Source: Acidobacteriota bacterium
GTDB taxonomy: Bacteria; Acidobacteriota; UBA6911
Assembly: GCA_016933615.1 (NCBI GenBank)
Contig: JAFGAO010000061.1
Span: 2,082 to 66,081 of the forward strand
DNA length: 64,000 nucleotides
Direction of reading: 5' to 3'
Shown here: positions 9,930 through 20,008 of the stretch, one piece after another
Position numbering within the stretch: position 1 is the stretch's first letter
Layout of the letters: every line of letters starts with the position of its first letter
Notes under the pieces: generated by a model
Databases searched by the model: none
What the model saw: only the letters and a program-made list of their open reading frames with translations
Told to the model about the DNA's origin: nothing
Made by a program: the position numbers and the translations under genes

Positions 9930-11432
9930 ATGAACCTCGCGCATTATCTGGAAACTTCCGCACAGTGTTTTCCCGGCCATCCGGTCATCCGTGAAGAGGC
10001 GGGCGATATCAGCTACGGCAAGCTGAATGAAGCGGCCAACCGCGTGGCTTCGGCCCTGGTCAGGCTCGGGATAAAGCCGGGGGACCTGGTTGCGCTCTGC
10101 GCCCCGAATTCCGGGGACTGGATGGCATTCTATTTCGGCGCCTTGAAGGCGGGCGCCGTGGCGGTCACCCTTTCCTTCCGTCTCAAAAGCATGGAATTCA
10201 ATAACCTTCTCCGCCATGCCCGACCGAGAATGGTTTACGCCGATGCAGCCCGCCTGCCCGATCTCGAGGCGCTCAAAGGCTCCGGCCTTCCTGAAACTAT
10301 CATCTGCCCCGGCGGCGACATGGATCTCGAGACACTCATGTCAAGGGGGACGCCCCGTTTCCGTACAGTGGAAAGAGACAGGCGGGACACCGTCGCTGTG
10401 CTGTACACCGGGGGCACCACCGGGAATCCCAAGGGCGTCATGCTCACCCAGGAAGGCATGGATTTCTCCTGCCAGTCCATAGCGCTTTACGAAAGGTATG
10501 CCCGCACGGATGTCAGCCTGTGCTTTCTCCCGTTCAACCATGTTTACGGCCAGATCTATATCATGAACTCCGTCATCCTGAGCGGAGGAAGCCTAGAACT
10601 CATGTCGGAGTTCGACATGGCCCGCATTCTGTGGCTCCTGGATCAGGAACGTCTTACGCGATTCTATGCAGTTCCCACCATCTATACCCGCTTTATAGAT
10701 GTCCCGGATTTAAGCAGAAAATTTGAAAAAGTGCGCTGCTGCTTCTCCGGAGGCGCTCCCATGGCGGCGGGCATTCTCAATCAATGGAAGGAACTGACGG
10801 GAATGACCGTGGCCGACGGCTACGGGCTTACCGAGATGATGCCCGTGACCTACAATCATTTCCACCTGGATCACCACTTGCCGGGTTCCGTGGGGCAGCC
10901 CGTGTTCGGCGTGGAACTCGAGATCCGCGACAAAGACGGCAATCAGGTGGCGGCAGGCGAAAAAGGAGAGGTCTCCGTTCGCGGCGCCAATTTGATGAAA
11001 GGATACCTTCAAAATCCCGATGCAACCGCCGAAGCGTTCTGGCCCGACGGCTGGCTTCGCACCGGGGACGTCGGCACGGTCGATTCCAGGGGCTACGTTT
11101 ATATCGTCGATCGCCTTAAGGACCTGATCATCACGGGCGGTGAAAACGTGTACCCGCGTGAAGTGGAAGAAGTGCTTTATACCAGGCCCGAAATAGAGGA
11201 CTGCTCCGTCGTCGGCGTCCAGGACCGGGAATGGGGAGAAAGAGTGGTCGCCTATATAGTGCCGCGACAGGGAAGAACTCTGGTTGCGGCCGAGCTGCAC
11301 GACTTTCTGGAAAGCCGCCTGTCTTCATTCAAAGTACCCAAGGAATACATCCGGGTGACGGAATTGCCCAAGAGCCCCCAGGGCAAGATCCTGCGCCGGG
11401 AAGTCAGGAAACTCCACAAATCGACAGCATAA
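9930..11432 (+). CDS. AMP-dependent acyl-CoA synthetase/ligase (FadD-like)
   Basis: The AMP-binding signature is LYTGGTTGNPKGV. Also present are YGLTE, GWLRTGDVG and DRLKDLIITGGENVYPREVE, plus the C-terminal PKSPQGKILR. Confidence 0.85.
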   Translation: MNLAHYLETSAQCFPGHPVIREEAGDISYGKLNEAANRVASALVRLGIKPGDLVALCAPNSGDWMAFYFGALKAGAVAVTLSFRLKSMEFNNLLRHARPRMVYADAARLPDLEALKGSGLPETIICPGGDMDLETLMSRGTPRFRTVERDRRDTVAVLYTGGTTGNPKGVMLTQEGMDFSCQSIALYERYARTDVSLCFLPFNHVYGQIYIMNSVILSGGSLELMSEFDMARILWLLDQERLTRFYAVPTIYTRFIDVPDLSRKFEKVRCCFSGGAPMAAGILNQWKELTGMTVADGYGLTEMMPVTYNHFHLDHHLPGSVGQPVFGVELEIRDKDGNQVAAGEKGEVSVRGANLMKGYLQNPDATAEAFWPDGWLRTGDVGTVDSRGYVYIVDRLKDLIITGGENVYPREVEEVLYTRPEIEDCSVVGVQDREWGERVVAYIVPRQGRTLVAAELHDFLESRLSSFKVPKEYIRVTELPKSPQGKILRREVRKLHKSTA

Positions 11433-11447
11433 TGAAAAGGAGCGGGC

Positions 11448-12341
11448 ATGCCGACTGTTGGCTACATAGGACTGGGAATTATGGGCAAATCGATTGCGCG
11501 CAATATCATGCGGGCCGGCTTCCCCATTGTCGTGCACAACAGGAGCCGGGCTTCCGTTGACGAACTCGTCGCCCAGGGCGCTGCCGAAGCTTTCTCGCCC
11601 GCCGAAGCCGCATCACGCACGGATATCGTTTTCACCAATCTTCCCGATTCGCCCGACGTAGAAATGGCGGTTCTGGGACCCGGCGGCATCTTTGAAGGAG
11701 CGCGTGAGGGACAGGTCTACGTCGACAACTCCACCGTCAAACCCGCCCTGGCCAGGAGACTGTCTGAAAAATTGTCCGAAAAGGGGGTGGCGGCCCTGGA
11801 CGCGCCGGTCAGCGGCGGGGATATCGGCGCCCGCGAAGGCACCCTGACGATCATGGTGGGCGGCCGGGAGAGCGCGCTTCAAAAGGTGATGCCTGTTCTC
11901 AAAGCCATGGGAAAAACCGTGACTCATGTCGGGGAATCCGGCGCCGGCCAGGTGGCAAAGGCCGCCAACCAGATCATGGTTGCGGCCCAGATGGTCGCCA
12001 TGGGGGAGCTGCTGGTCCTGGCGCGGAAAACCGGCGTGGATCCCGCAAAAGTCGTGGACGCCATCAAGGGGGGCGCGGCCCAATGCTGGACGCTGGACGT
12101 CAAACCGCAAAGGTTGTTTGCCGGCAACCGCAGGCCCGGATTCAAAGCTTACATGCAGGCCAAGGACCTGAACATCGTTCTCGACACGGCGCGCGAATAC
12201 GGCGTTCCGCTGCCGGCAACGGCCGTAAATGCCCAGCTTTACAATGCCATGCTGCAGATGGGAATGGCCGAGCTTGACAACTCGGCCGTTGTCGGCGTCA
12301 TCGAATCCCTGTCGGGTATTCAATTGCAAAACGGGGAATAA
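11448..12341 (+). CDS. NAD(P)-dependent 3-hydroxyisobutyrate / tartronate-semialdehyde reductase family dehydrogenase
   Basis: N-terminal Rossmann motif VGYIGLGIMGKSIARN, followed by DAPVSGG..GA..GTLTIMVGG and a KAANQ catalytic-Lys segment. AAGGAG SD lies before the ATG. Confidence 0.85.
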   Translation: MPTVGYIGLGIMGKSIARNIMRAGFPIVVHNRSRASVDELVAQGAAEAFSPAEAASRTDIVFTNLPDSPDVEMAVLGPGGIFEGAREGQVYVDNSTVKPALARRLSEKLSEKGVAALDAPVSGGDIGAREGTLTIMVGGRESALQKVMPVLKAMGKTVTHVGESGAGQVAKAANQIMVAAQMVAMGELLVLARKTGVDPAKVVDAIKGGAAQCWTLDVKPQRLFAGNRRPGFKAYMQAKDLNIVLDTAREYGVPLPATAVNAQLYNAMLQMGMAELDNSAVVGVIESLSGIQLQNGE

Positions 12342-13007
12342 TCAAAAGCGTACCACCACCCCGGCACTCAGCTCAAACTGGTGGGAAAAGTTCGAATAGG
12401 AAGGCGTCCAGCATTCCCATGCCCAGTACCGGCTGCAGTATATTCCGCCGTCGTCGGCCGCGATGCGGGTCGGCGTCCAGCGCACCCCGCCTTTGAATCC
12501 CAAATTCTCCGTGGTAAAGTACTTCACGCCTCCGCCCCATGTTGTGGAAAATCGGGTGCCCCCATCCACGGCGTTATCGTCTACGGCGTTGGGGCTGTAG
12601 TTGGTCGCGCCCAGGCCGCCGAAAACAAAAGGCCTCAAAGGCGCGTCCTCTTCGAAGAAACTGTAGGTAACAATGAAGTGAAAATTATTCACATTCATGC
12701 TGGAAATATCCACGCCTTCCAGGTCCTCCACGCTTGCCCTCAGCTTGCTTTTCTCCTGGGAAAAGTTAAAGCCGACAGCAAAGTTCTCGTTAATATAATA
12801 ATCCAGCCCCAGGCCGTAGGAGAAAGCGCTTTTCGGACTGAGCCGCTCGACCCGCAGCTCGTCTCCTTCCTGGCTTTCGATATGAACCCCTTCGCTGAAG
12901 GTGAAACCCAATTGACCGCTGAGTTCGTATCTCTTTTCCTGGGCCAAAACCGGCATCGAACCGACAATCAGGCAAAATGCCGCCAAAAGCAGATGTTTTC
13001 CCCTCAT
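12342..13007 (-). CDS. Outer-membrane beta-barrel protein (OmpW/OmpA-barrel-like porin family)
   Basis: Signal peptide MRGKHLLLAAFCLIVGSMPVLAQE, alternating beta-strand pattern and a terminal ...SAGVVVRF aromatic end. AGGAGG SD. Its stop abuts the stop of the convergent upstream gene with a 0-nt gap. Confidence 0.7.
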   Translation of the reverse strand: MRGKHLLLAAFCLIVGSMPVLAQEKRYELSGQLGFTFSEGVHIESQEGDELRVERLSPKSAFSYGLGLDYYINENFAVGFNFSQEKSKLRASVEDLEGVDISSMNVNNFHFIVTYSFFEEDAPLRPFVFGGLGATNYSPNAVDDNAVDGGTRFSTTWGGGVKYFTTENLGFKGGVRWTPTRIAADDGGIYCSRYWAWECWTPSYSNFSHQFELSAGVVVRF

Positions 13008-13322
13008 GCACTTTTCCTCCTAATATATTTTCATGGCGCGCCTACCCTTACCGTTTTCGAATAGTATCATGTCCGCAAAACCGGTCCAAATAGAAGTGCG
13101 GACAATGAGGCAAGAACCCGATTTTCATTAAATCCAAGTATTTATAACAAAATTCCATATCGGGCCGCCGCGAGCCCCGAAAATGATGGACGCTTTGTTC
13201 TGCATGCGCTTTCCGGCAAAACACGCTTTGAGGGTCAGGACCCTGCGGCTAATTTAAATGGACAATCGAGGCATCGTCGAAGCAGAATCCGTGACGCGGT
13301 AAAAAGGAGACGGGATCCGGAC

Positions 13323-14198
13323 TTGAAAACGCATATTGAAAAATCTCGGCTTTTTTCGGCTGTCTGCAGGCCGGTTGGCTGTTCCCTTTTTCTCTGTGTT
13401 TTATCGGCGGCGAATGCGCAGCCTAAAACTGAGCTGAAGCAGGAAACCGTCCGGGCTTTCGAACAGTACGCCGGCGAATTTGAGAAAAACATCGATGCGG
13501 CAGTAAGGGGCCGAAAGCCCTTTCTATGGATCCTGGACCAGGATCCCGACAAGCTGAAAAGCGCCCGCAGCGGGGAAATCCTAATATTCAAGCCAGACCG
13601 CAACGTCGATGTTCCGGACGGCATGATCCATGTCTGGGGAGTTTCGGCGTTTATAGACGGCGTCAAGGCCGAGGATGCCGCCGGCCTACTTATCGATTAC
13701 GACCGGCACAAGAACGTCTACCCCTCCGTAATCGATTCAAAACTTATAGGGAAAAACGGCGACACCGTCAGGGGTTCCCTGCAGTTCAAATACAAAAAGG
13801 TTCTCACGGTCGTTCTCAATACCGAGCACGAAGCTGAGTCGACCGCACTGGACGAGGGCAGGCATTTCATCCGCGTCCGCAGTTCGCGCATTGCACAGGT
13901 GGAGGACTACGAGAAACCGGAGGAGCACGAATTGCCCCCGGGCAGGGACAGCGGATTCATGTGGCGTTTGAACACCTACTGGTTCCTGGAGCCGCACCGG
14001 GACGGCGTTCTTCTTGAGTGCCGGTCCCTGACACTGACCCGCCGCATTCCGTTCGGCTTAAGCTGGATTGTCGGACCGTTTGTCGAAAGCATACCCCGGG
14101 ATTCCCTTAAGGAACTTGTGGAGGGCACAAGGCGATATTTTTCCGGGAGAACGAATGCATCCGGATCAGGGGAGATTCCGCCCGCTGGCATCCGCTGA
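13323..14198 (+). CDS. Secreted hypothetical protein, possibly SRPBCC/START-like lipid-binding fold
   Basis: TTG start, which is the only start codon in the open frame. The signal peptide ends ...LSAANA/QP. The fold suggestion rests only on the alternating strand pattern and length, and is weak. Confidence 0.45.
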   Translation: MKTHIEKSRLFSAVCRPVGCSLFLCVLSAANAQPKTELKQETVRAFEQYAGEFEKNIDAAVRGRKPFLWILDQDPDKLKSARSGEILIFKPDRNVDVPDGMIHVWGVSAFIDGVKAEDAAGLLIDYDRHKNVYPSVIDSKLIGKNGDTVRGSLQFKYKKVLTVVLNTEHEAESTALDEGRHFIRVRSSRIAQVEDYEKPEEHELPPGRDSGFMWRLNTYWFLEPHRDGVLLECRSLTLTRRIPFGLSWIVGPFVESIPRDSLKELVEGTRRYFSGRTNASGSGEIPPAGIR

Positions 14199-14264
14199 GT
14201 TCCTGCGTTCGGAGTGCCGCCGCATTACAAAACCCGCCCGAAGGGACACCAGGAATCGCGGTGT

Positions 14265-14621
14265 TCAATCAAGACTGCGGGCAATTCGGTTTAATTCTCC
14301 TGACCGTAAAAGGTCGTCTTGTTGAACCTGAGTGCGACCGCCAGATATGGCCGGAACTTTTGTGAATCTCTTAAGGGTCATATTCCCCCAATCAATCCTG
14401 TTGGCAATGCCATTGGCGCCGAATCCGAACTCCCAGCCGCCAGCGACGAATCCCAGACCGGAATCCAACGCGAATCCCCTGCCCGAACGGGAATTCAGAT
14501 AACAAGGGTCCAGAGGCGATGTCTCCGCCATTATCGTGAGCAATCCCTCCGAATCGGTGTCCAGCTGTAGGGCGAAATCGAGATCTTCATACCTGAATCC
14601 CCATAAATAATTGCAATTCAT
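14265..14621 (-). CDS. Hypothetical protein; possibly the 3' remnant of a beta-barrel gene
   Basis: 118-aa ORF. The frame stays open for more than 60 codons upstream of the ATG without any ATG/GTG/TTG, and it keeps a Gly-rich strand-like composition (GGYRGRIGIAGGSNRTG...). This suggests a 5'-truncated gene. Confidence 0.25.
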   Translation of the reverse strand: MNCNYLWGFRYEDLDFALQLDTDSEGLLTIMAETSPLDPCYLNSRSGRGFALDSGLGFVAGGWEFGFGANGIANRIDWGNMTLKRFTKVPAISGGRTQVQQDDLLRSGELNRIARSLD

Positions 14622-14819
14622 TGCGATATAGACACCGTCCCGGCTCGATCCGGTCCGGTTGCTCCCGCCGGCGATACCGATGCGCCCTCGATATCCACCC
14701 GTGACGGATCCGTTTTTCTCCGCAGAAATTGAGCGGGATAAATCCGGTCCGCATAGACATCTTCTACGGAAAAACCGAATTTCTGCTATTATGGGCCGGC
14801 CGGTTTCAGGGAGATTGCG

Positions 14820-16265
14820 ATGGCCGACCGACAGCGGAAAAATGTACTGGAAAAATGCCTCAGCCTGTTCACGGAAGTGAGAAGCGGCGAAGGGACCCGG
14901 GCGATACTGCTTTCCCTCAATATTTTCCTCATTCTGGCCTCCTATTACATCATGAAGCCGGTTCGCGAAGCGCTGATTCTTGCAGGGGGAGGGGCGGAGC
15001 TTAAAAGCTACATGGCCGCCGGACAGGCAATCCTGCTCCTGGGCATGGTGCCGCTTTACGCCATGCTGGCAGGCCGGTTTCCGCGACGCCGTCTGATCAA
15101 CAGCGTCACCGTTTTCTTTGTGGGCTGCCTGGCCCTTTTTTACCTCCTGGCGCTGGCGAGAATCCCGCTCGGCGTGATTTTTTTCCTGTGGGTGGGGATT
15201 TTCAATCTCATGGTCCCGGCGCAGTTCTGGGCCTTCGCCAACGACCTGTACGCGCCCGAGGCCGGCAAGCGCATCTTCGTCATCATTGCGTTCGGAGCCT
15301 CGGCGGGCGCCGTTCTGGGCGGCATCGTCACGGATTTACTCATCGAACCCCTGGGCATATACCAGCTGCTCCTGGTAGCCGGCGCCATGCTTCTTATCAG
15401 CCTGATTCTCACCAATATCGTGGAGATGCGGGCCCGGGAAAGCACGGCGACGGAAAGCGGCCCGAAGCCGGGAAGCGCCGATTCCCCGCTCTTGAAAAAC
15501 GGCGCTTTCAGGCTGGTGTTTCAGACGAAGTACCTGCTGCTGATTGCGCTGCTCATGACGTTTCTGAACTGGGTGAACACCACGGGGGAATATATTTTAG
15601 GACGCACCGTCGAGAGTACGGCAGAGGAACTGGCCGCCAGCCCCCAGGTTCAGGATCGTGCCGACCGGTATGCGCGCTCGGAATCCGCGGCCGCGGCAGC
15701 GCGGCCGGCTGCTCAGCGCGAGACACTCAGGGCGGAGTATCTCCGGGAATACACGGAAGAATATATCGGGAATTTTTACGCGAAATTCTACACCGCGGTC
15801 AATTTATCCGGTGTCCTGCTTCAGTTGTTCGTCGTTTCCAGAATTCTGAAGTACCTGGGGGTACGGATCGCCCTCCTTGTTCTTCCTTTCATCGCTCTTG
15901 GAGGATATCTCCTGATGGCCTTTTACCCGGTCCTCGGCATCATTCGATGGGTGAAGACCGCAGAGAATTCCACCGATTATTCCCTGCAAAACACGGTGCG
16001 GCAGATCCTTTTCCTGCCTACGTCCCGCGAGCAGAAATACAAGGCCAAGCAGGCGATCGACACATTCTTCTGGCGCGCCGGCGACGTTCTTTCGGCCGGT
16101 CTGGTTTTCGCGGGCACAAGCTGGCTGGCATTTGAAGCCCGCCATTTCGCCATGACCTGCCTGGGCCTGGCGGCTGTCTGGCTTGCGTTCGCCGCATTGA
16201 TAGGGATTGAAAATAAAAAAATTACTGCGACAAAGCAGTCATTGCACCATTCTGATTTCTCATGA
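14820..16265 (+). CDS. TLC/NTT-family (ATP/ADP-translocase-like, Npt1/Npt2) membrane transporter
   Basis: 481 aa, multi-TM. The N-terminal region ...LILASYYIMKPVREAL... and FWAFANDLY match the TLC family signature (FWxFAN). Its stop overlaps the ATG of the next gene as ATGA at 16262-16265. Confidence 0.7.
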   Translation: MADRQRKNVLEKCLSLFTEVRSGEGTRAILLSLNIFLILASYYIMKPVREALILAGGGAELKSYMAAGQAILLLGMVPLYAMLAGRFPRRRLINSVTVFFVGCLALFYLLALARIPLGVIFFLWVGIFNLMVPAQFWAFANDLYAPEAGKRIFVIIAFGASAGAVLGGIVTDLLIEPLGIYQLLLVAGAMLLISLILTNIVEMRARESTATESGPKPGSADSPLLKNGAFRLVFQTKYLLLIALLMTFLNWVNTTGEYILGRTVESTAEELAASPQVQDRADRYARSESAAAAARPAAQRETLRAEYLREYTEEYIGNFYAKFYTAVNLSGVLLQLFVVSRILKYLGVRIALLVLPFIALGGYLLMAFYPVLGIIRWVKTAENSTDYSLQNTVRQILFLPTSREQKYKAKQAIDTFFWRAGDVLSAGLVFAGTSWLAFEARHFAMTCLGLAAVWLAFAALIGIENKKITATKQSLHHSDFS

Positions 16266-17602
16266 TTCAAAAAAAATCCCTTCGCTTCAAATTACCCGCC
16301 CGCTGGATGGCACTGGCCCTCCTGCCTGTCCTTTTAGCCGGCAGCGGGACCGTGAATGCGCAGCAGGACAAATCCGCCGCCGGGGACCCTTACGGAAAAA
16401 TTGTGCGCGAAATCAAAATAGCGGGACTGCGCCTCACGGGCGAATCCATCGTGCGCAATCAGCTGGCTTCGCAGGCAGGAAAAGCCTATACCCGGGAAAC
16501 CGAAAAGCTCGACTACCGGTGGCTGGACCGTCTCGGGGTGTTCGCCTCGATTCGGACGGCTGCATGCGTGATTGAAAACGAAGTTGTGCTGACAATCGAG
16601 GTTCGGGAATTCCCGCCGGTCATTCCCTACCCGACCCTGAATATCACCGATGAGAACGGCGCCTCAGGGGGCTTGGGAACCAGGGCGACCAATTTGATGG
16701 GACGGGCCGTCGCCCTCTCGGGTTCGTCCAAATTCGGCGGACTGACGGAAATCCACACCGGCCTGCATGCCCCCTGGCTGTTGCGCCGGAGAGAATGGTA
16801 CAGCGTACGGTACGATTACCGGGACCGGGTGAACAAAGATGATGCCTACCGCGAAAACTCCCATGAACTGGAACTCAGAGTCGGCCTAAGCCTGCACCCG
16901 GACTGGATGCTGAGCGGCAGGTTCGGCTTCCTGTCCATGGGCAGCGATACGGCCGGGATCACCCTTTCCCCGGACAGCCGGGATACGACGCCCTATTTGG
17001 GGCTCGTGCTGGAATACGACGGCCGCGATTCCTTTTCCAATCCCCATCAAGGCTGGCAGGGAATTTTCGACATCGCGCAGAACGGGGGGTTTCTGGGAGG
17101 CGACGGTGATTTTGCGACCGCACAGATCGATATCCGGCGCTACCAGCCGATCACTTCCCGTCAATTCCTGGCGTTATTCCTGTACGGCACGATCCAGAGC
17201 AGCGTAGTCGGTCGTGATGTTCCGGTCTACCGCGATTATCAAATAGGCGGCACCAACTCCGTGCGCGGATGGGATTCGGGCGCGCGCAGAGGCAATAACC
17301 AGTTTTTAAGCACTCTTGAATTCCGCTACGAACTGGTCCCGCCGAAAACCTTTCGCGTTTATAGGTACGAACTGTATGCCGGACTCCAGCTGGCCGCTTT
17401 CGCGGATCTCGGAACCGCCTGGTCCGGGGGAAGCGGTTTCACGCGCAACGTGATCGCGGGAGGAGGCTTCGGCTTCCGTTTCCTGGTGCCTTTTGTGAAG
17501 ATGGTCCGCTTGGATTTCGGTTTCGGCCAGTCGGGTTCAGGGATAAACCCGCACCTTCACCTGCGCGAAAAAGCGGATTACAGCTCCAGGCGCATCCGCT
17601 GA
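16262..17602 (+). CDS. Omp85/BamA-family outer-membrane protein with one POTRA domain
   Basis: Signal peptide ...GSGTVNAQQ and one POTRA-like segment (IVREIKIAGLRLTGESIVRNQL...LTIEVREFP). The C-terminal surface-antigen barrel carries IGGTNSVRGW and GGGFGFRF. Confidence 0.8.
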   Translation: MIQKKSLRFKLPARWMALALLPVLLAGSGTVNAQQDKSAAGDPYGKIVREIKIAGLRLTGESIVRNQLASQAGKAYTRETEKLDYRWLDRLGVFASIRTAACVIENEVVLTIEVREFPPVIPYPTLNITDENGASGGLGTRATNLMGRAVALSGSSKFGGLTEIHTGLHAPWLLRRREWYSVRYDYRDRVNKDDAYRENSHELELRVGLSLHPDWMLSGRFGFLSMGSDTAGITLSPDSRDTTPYLGLVLEYDGRDSFSNPHQGWQGIFDIAQNGGFLGGDGDFATAQIDIRRYQPITSRQFLALFLYGTIQSSVVGRDVPVYRDYQIGGTNSVRGWDSGARRGNNQFLSTLEFRYELVPPKTFRVYRYELYAGLQLAAFADLGTAWSGGSGFTRNVIAGGGFGFRFLVPFVKMVRLDFGFGQSGSGINPHLHLREKADYSSRRIR

Positions 17603-17612
17603 AACAAGCGTC

Positions 17613-19715
17613 TCAAGGCTCGCGCGCGACATATACCAGCATCGAACGTCCCTGAAGGATCAGGCGCTCGTCCCGCAGAAAAGGCCCCTCTCCCAGGGAG
17701 AATATGTCCCGGGGGCCGGCGGATGCCGTATCGACAAAAAGGCGCCATCCCGTGTGCCGGACTTCCAGAGGAACCCGAAATTCCCGCCGCTGCTCTCCGC
17801 TATGAAAAAACATCATGATATTCCGGTTGGGCGGCTTTGAAGGATCGGAGCGGGGCACGGCCGCGAGGACGCAGACGAGACCCGCAGCGTCCACACTCCA
17901 GCTGACGGGCTCTCCGGAGCTCTCGTACCAGGAAATATCCGGCAAGCCTTCTGGACGATGGGGAAGGCCCCGCAGAAAAACCGTCTGCCGGACTGTCGGT
18001 TCCTCGCGCCGGAAACGGATCAGCTCCCGGCAGAAGCGCCACAAATCCTTGTTTTTGCCGACAAGGCTCCAGTCAAACCATGAGATCTCGTTATCCTGGC
18101 AGTAGGCGTTATTGTTGCCGCCCTGGGTGCGCCGGCATTCATCCCCCATCAGAAGCATCGGAACGCCCTGGCTCAGGAAAAGCGTCGCAAGCATGTTCTT
18201 GATAAGCCGCAGGCGAAGGGCTTCGACCGCAACGCGGCGCGTCGGACCCTCAACGCCGCAATTGAAGCTGTAATTGTTGTTTTCCCCGTCCAGGTTCCCC
18301 TCGCCGTTGGCTTCATTGTGCTTGCTTCCGTAGCTGACGAGATCGTTGAGCGTGAAGCCGTCGTGCGACGTTATGAAGTTTATGCTGTGATACGGCCTGC
18401 GGCCGCTGGACTGGTAAAGGTCGCTGGATCCGGCGAGCCTGGTCGCCAGCCGTCCCCTGGTATCGCCGTCCCCGCGCCAGAATCGCCGCACGTCGTCCCG
18501 GTATTGCCCGTTCCACTCCGCCCAGCGCAGGCTGGCGAACTCCCCCGACAGCAGATGCGCGAATGTGCCGACCTGATAGGCCCCCGCGGCATCCCAGGCT
18601 TCCGCGATGATCTTGGTGTCGGCCAGCAGAGGATCCTCCGCTATCGACTCAACGACCGGCGGATTCGGAATAAGATCCCCGCTGCGCCCGCGGCTCAGAA
18701 TGGAGGCAAGATCGAACCGGAAGCCGTCTATGTGAAAGTTGTGGACCCAGTAGCGCAGGCAGTGAAAAATGAGTTCGCGCACGATCGGATGGTTTCCGTT
18801 GACCGTGTTGCCGCATCCGCTGAAGTTGCGGTACCGATTTCCGCCGCCTTCGAGCATGTAATAAATCCGATTGCCCAATCCCTTGAAGCTCAGGGTCGGC
18901 CCGTTTTCGTTTCCCTCCGCCGTATGATTGAACACGACATCCAAAAAGACTTCGATACCGGCCTGATGCAGCGCCCGAACCATCTCCTTGAACTCGCGCA
19001 CCTGGGCGCCCGGTTCGCGTCCGACGGCGTATCCCCGGTGCGGCGCGAAGAACGCCAGGGGATCGTATCCCCAGTAGTTGGAATATTGAGTTTTTCGGCC
19101 GAAACGGTCGAGAGCGGAAAATTCCGCCACCGGCATGAGTTCCACGGCCGTAATTCCCAGGGACTGGAGGTAGGGAATTTTATCCACAACGCCCAAGAAT
19201 CCTCCAGGGGACCGGACTCCGCTTGTGTGCGACCGCGTGAAGCCGCGCACGTGCATTTCGTAAATGATTGTTTCATGCAGGCACCGCCGCAGATGACGGT
19301 CCCCTTTCCAGTCGAACCGGTCATCCACAACCACGCATCGGGGCGGACGAACCAGCCCGTCCGCGGAAGGCAGGAATTCGCCGGCCAGCGCCTTGGCATA
19401 CGGATCGATCAGGCGGGCGGCTGCATCGAAGCGATGCCCGCGGGACGGGTCGTAGGGTCCTTCGGCCTGGAAATGGTAGAGCTGCCCAGGTTGGATGCCG
19501 GGTACAAACAGGCTCCAGATATCACCCCAGCGATTCAGGCCCCTGTCGAAATCGAGAACGCGGGCCGGCTCCGGATCCTCAACCTGTTCGTAGAGCAGAA
19601 CGCGCATGGCGCTTGCATGCCGGCTGAAAACGGCAAACTGGACCCCTCCGTTGCGCAGGATGGCTCCAAAGGGAAGCGGGATGGCAAAATCTGTACCTGC
19701 GGTGCTTTCGGACAT
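17613..19715 (-). CDS. glgX: Glycogen debranching enzyme (GH13, GlgX type)
   Basis: 700 aa. GH13 conserved regions are DVVFNHT, GFRFDLAS, EAWD and FITSHDGFTLNDLVSY. The N-terminal CBM48-like region is also present. Confidence 0.9.
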   Translation of the reverse strand: MSESTAGTDFAIPLPFGAILRNGGVQFAVFSRHASAMRVLLYEQVEDPEPARVLDFDRGLNRWGDIWSLFVPGIQPGQLYHFQAEGPYDPSRGHRFDAAARLIDPYAKALAGEFLPSADGLVRPPRCVVVDDRFDWKGDRHLRRCLHETIIYEMHVRGFTRSHTSGVRSPGGFLGVVDKIPYLQSLGITAVELMPVAEFSALDRFGRKTQYSNYWGYDPLAFFAPHRGYAVGREPGAQVREFKEMVRALHQAGIEVFLDVVFNHTAEGNENGPTLSFKGLGNRIYYMLEGGGNRYRNFSGCGNTVNGNHPIVRELIFHCLRYWVHNFHIDGFRFDLASILSRGRSGDLIPNPPVVESIAEDPLLADTKIIAEAWDAAGAYQVGTFAHLLSGEFASLRWAEWNGQYRDDVRRFWRGDGDTRGRLATRLAGSSDLYQSSGRRPYHSINFITSHDGFTLNDLVSYGSKHNEANGEGNLDGENNNYSFNCGVEGPTRRVAVEALRLRLIKNMLATLFLSQGVPMLLMGDECRRTQGGNNNAYCQDNEISWFDWSLVGKNKDLWRFCRELIRFRREEPTVRQTVFLRGLPHRPEGLPDISWYESSGEPVSWSVDAAGLVCVLAAVPRSDPSKPPNRNIMMFFHSGEQRREFRVPLEVRHTGWRLFVDTASAGPRDIFSLGEGPFLRDERLILQGRSMLVYVAREP

Positions 19716-19970
19716 TGTTCAAACCTTCAAACTGCCGCGAGGGAAATCCCGGAATCGCCGGATCAGCATGAAATTAATATAGCTAAATCCTTTATCTGCA
19801 GAAAGTTTTTTTCAACTGGCCTCTCTGCAGCCGCCTTTTTTTCGAACCTATTTTTGGGGGCAGGGTAAAAGGGATCTCGATATTTGATGGAGCCGGATCA
19901 CTGCATCCGGGGAAAAAGGGCGGGTCGCTGCCGCCGGGTTCCCGCCGTCGGTCGGCCTCCTCAGGGGGAA

Positions 19971-19998
19971 CTGCGGGTTGCATTTCTGCAACCCGCAG
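19971..19998 (-). terminator. Perfect 12-bp stem hairpin downstream of the 20009-20362 gene (putative terminator)
   Basis: CTGCGGGTTGCA-tttc-TGCAACCCGCAG lies 10 nt beyond the stop codon of the minus-strand gene. Only a short TT follows on the minus strand, so it is not a textbook intrinsic terminator. Confidence 0.45.
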
Positions 19999-20008
19999 AG
20001 AATCAGTC

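Noticed and set aside
18318-19868. 516-aa plus-strand ORF
   Set aside because: It is antisense to glgX, which has unmistakable GH13 motifs. The shadow product has no recognisable features.
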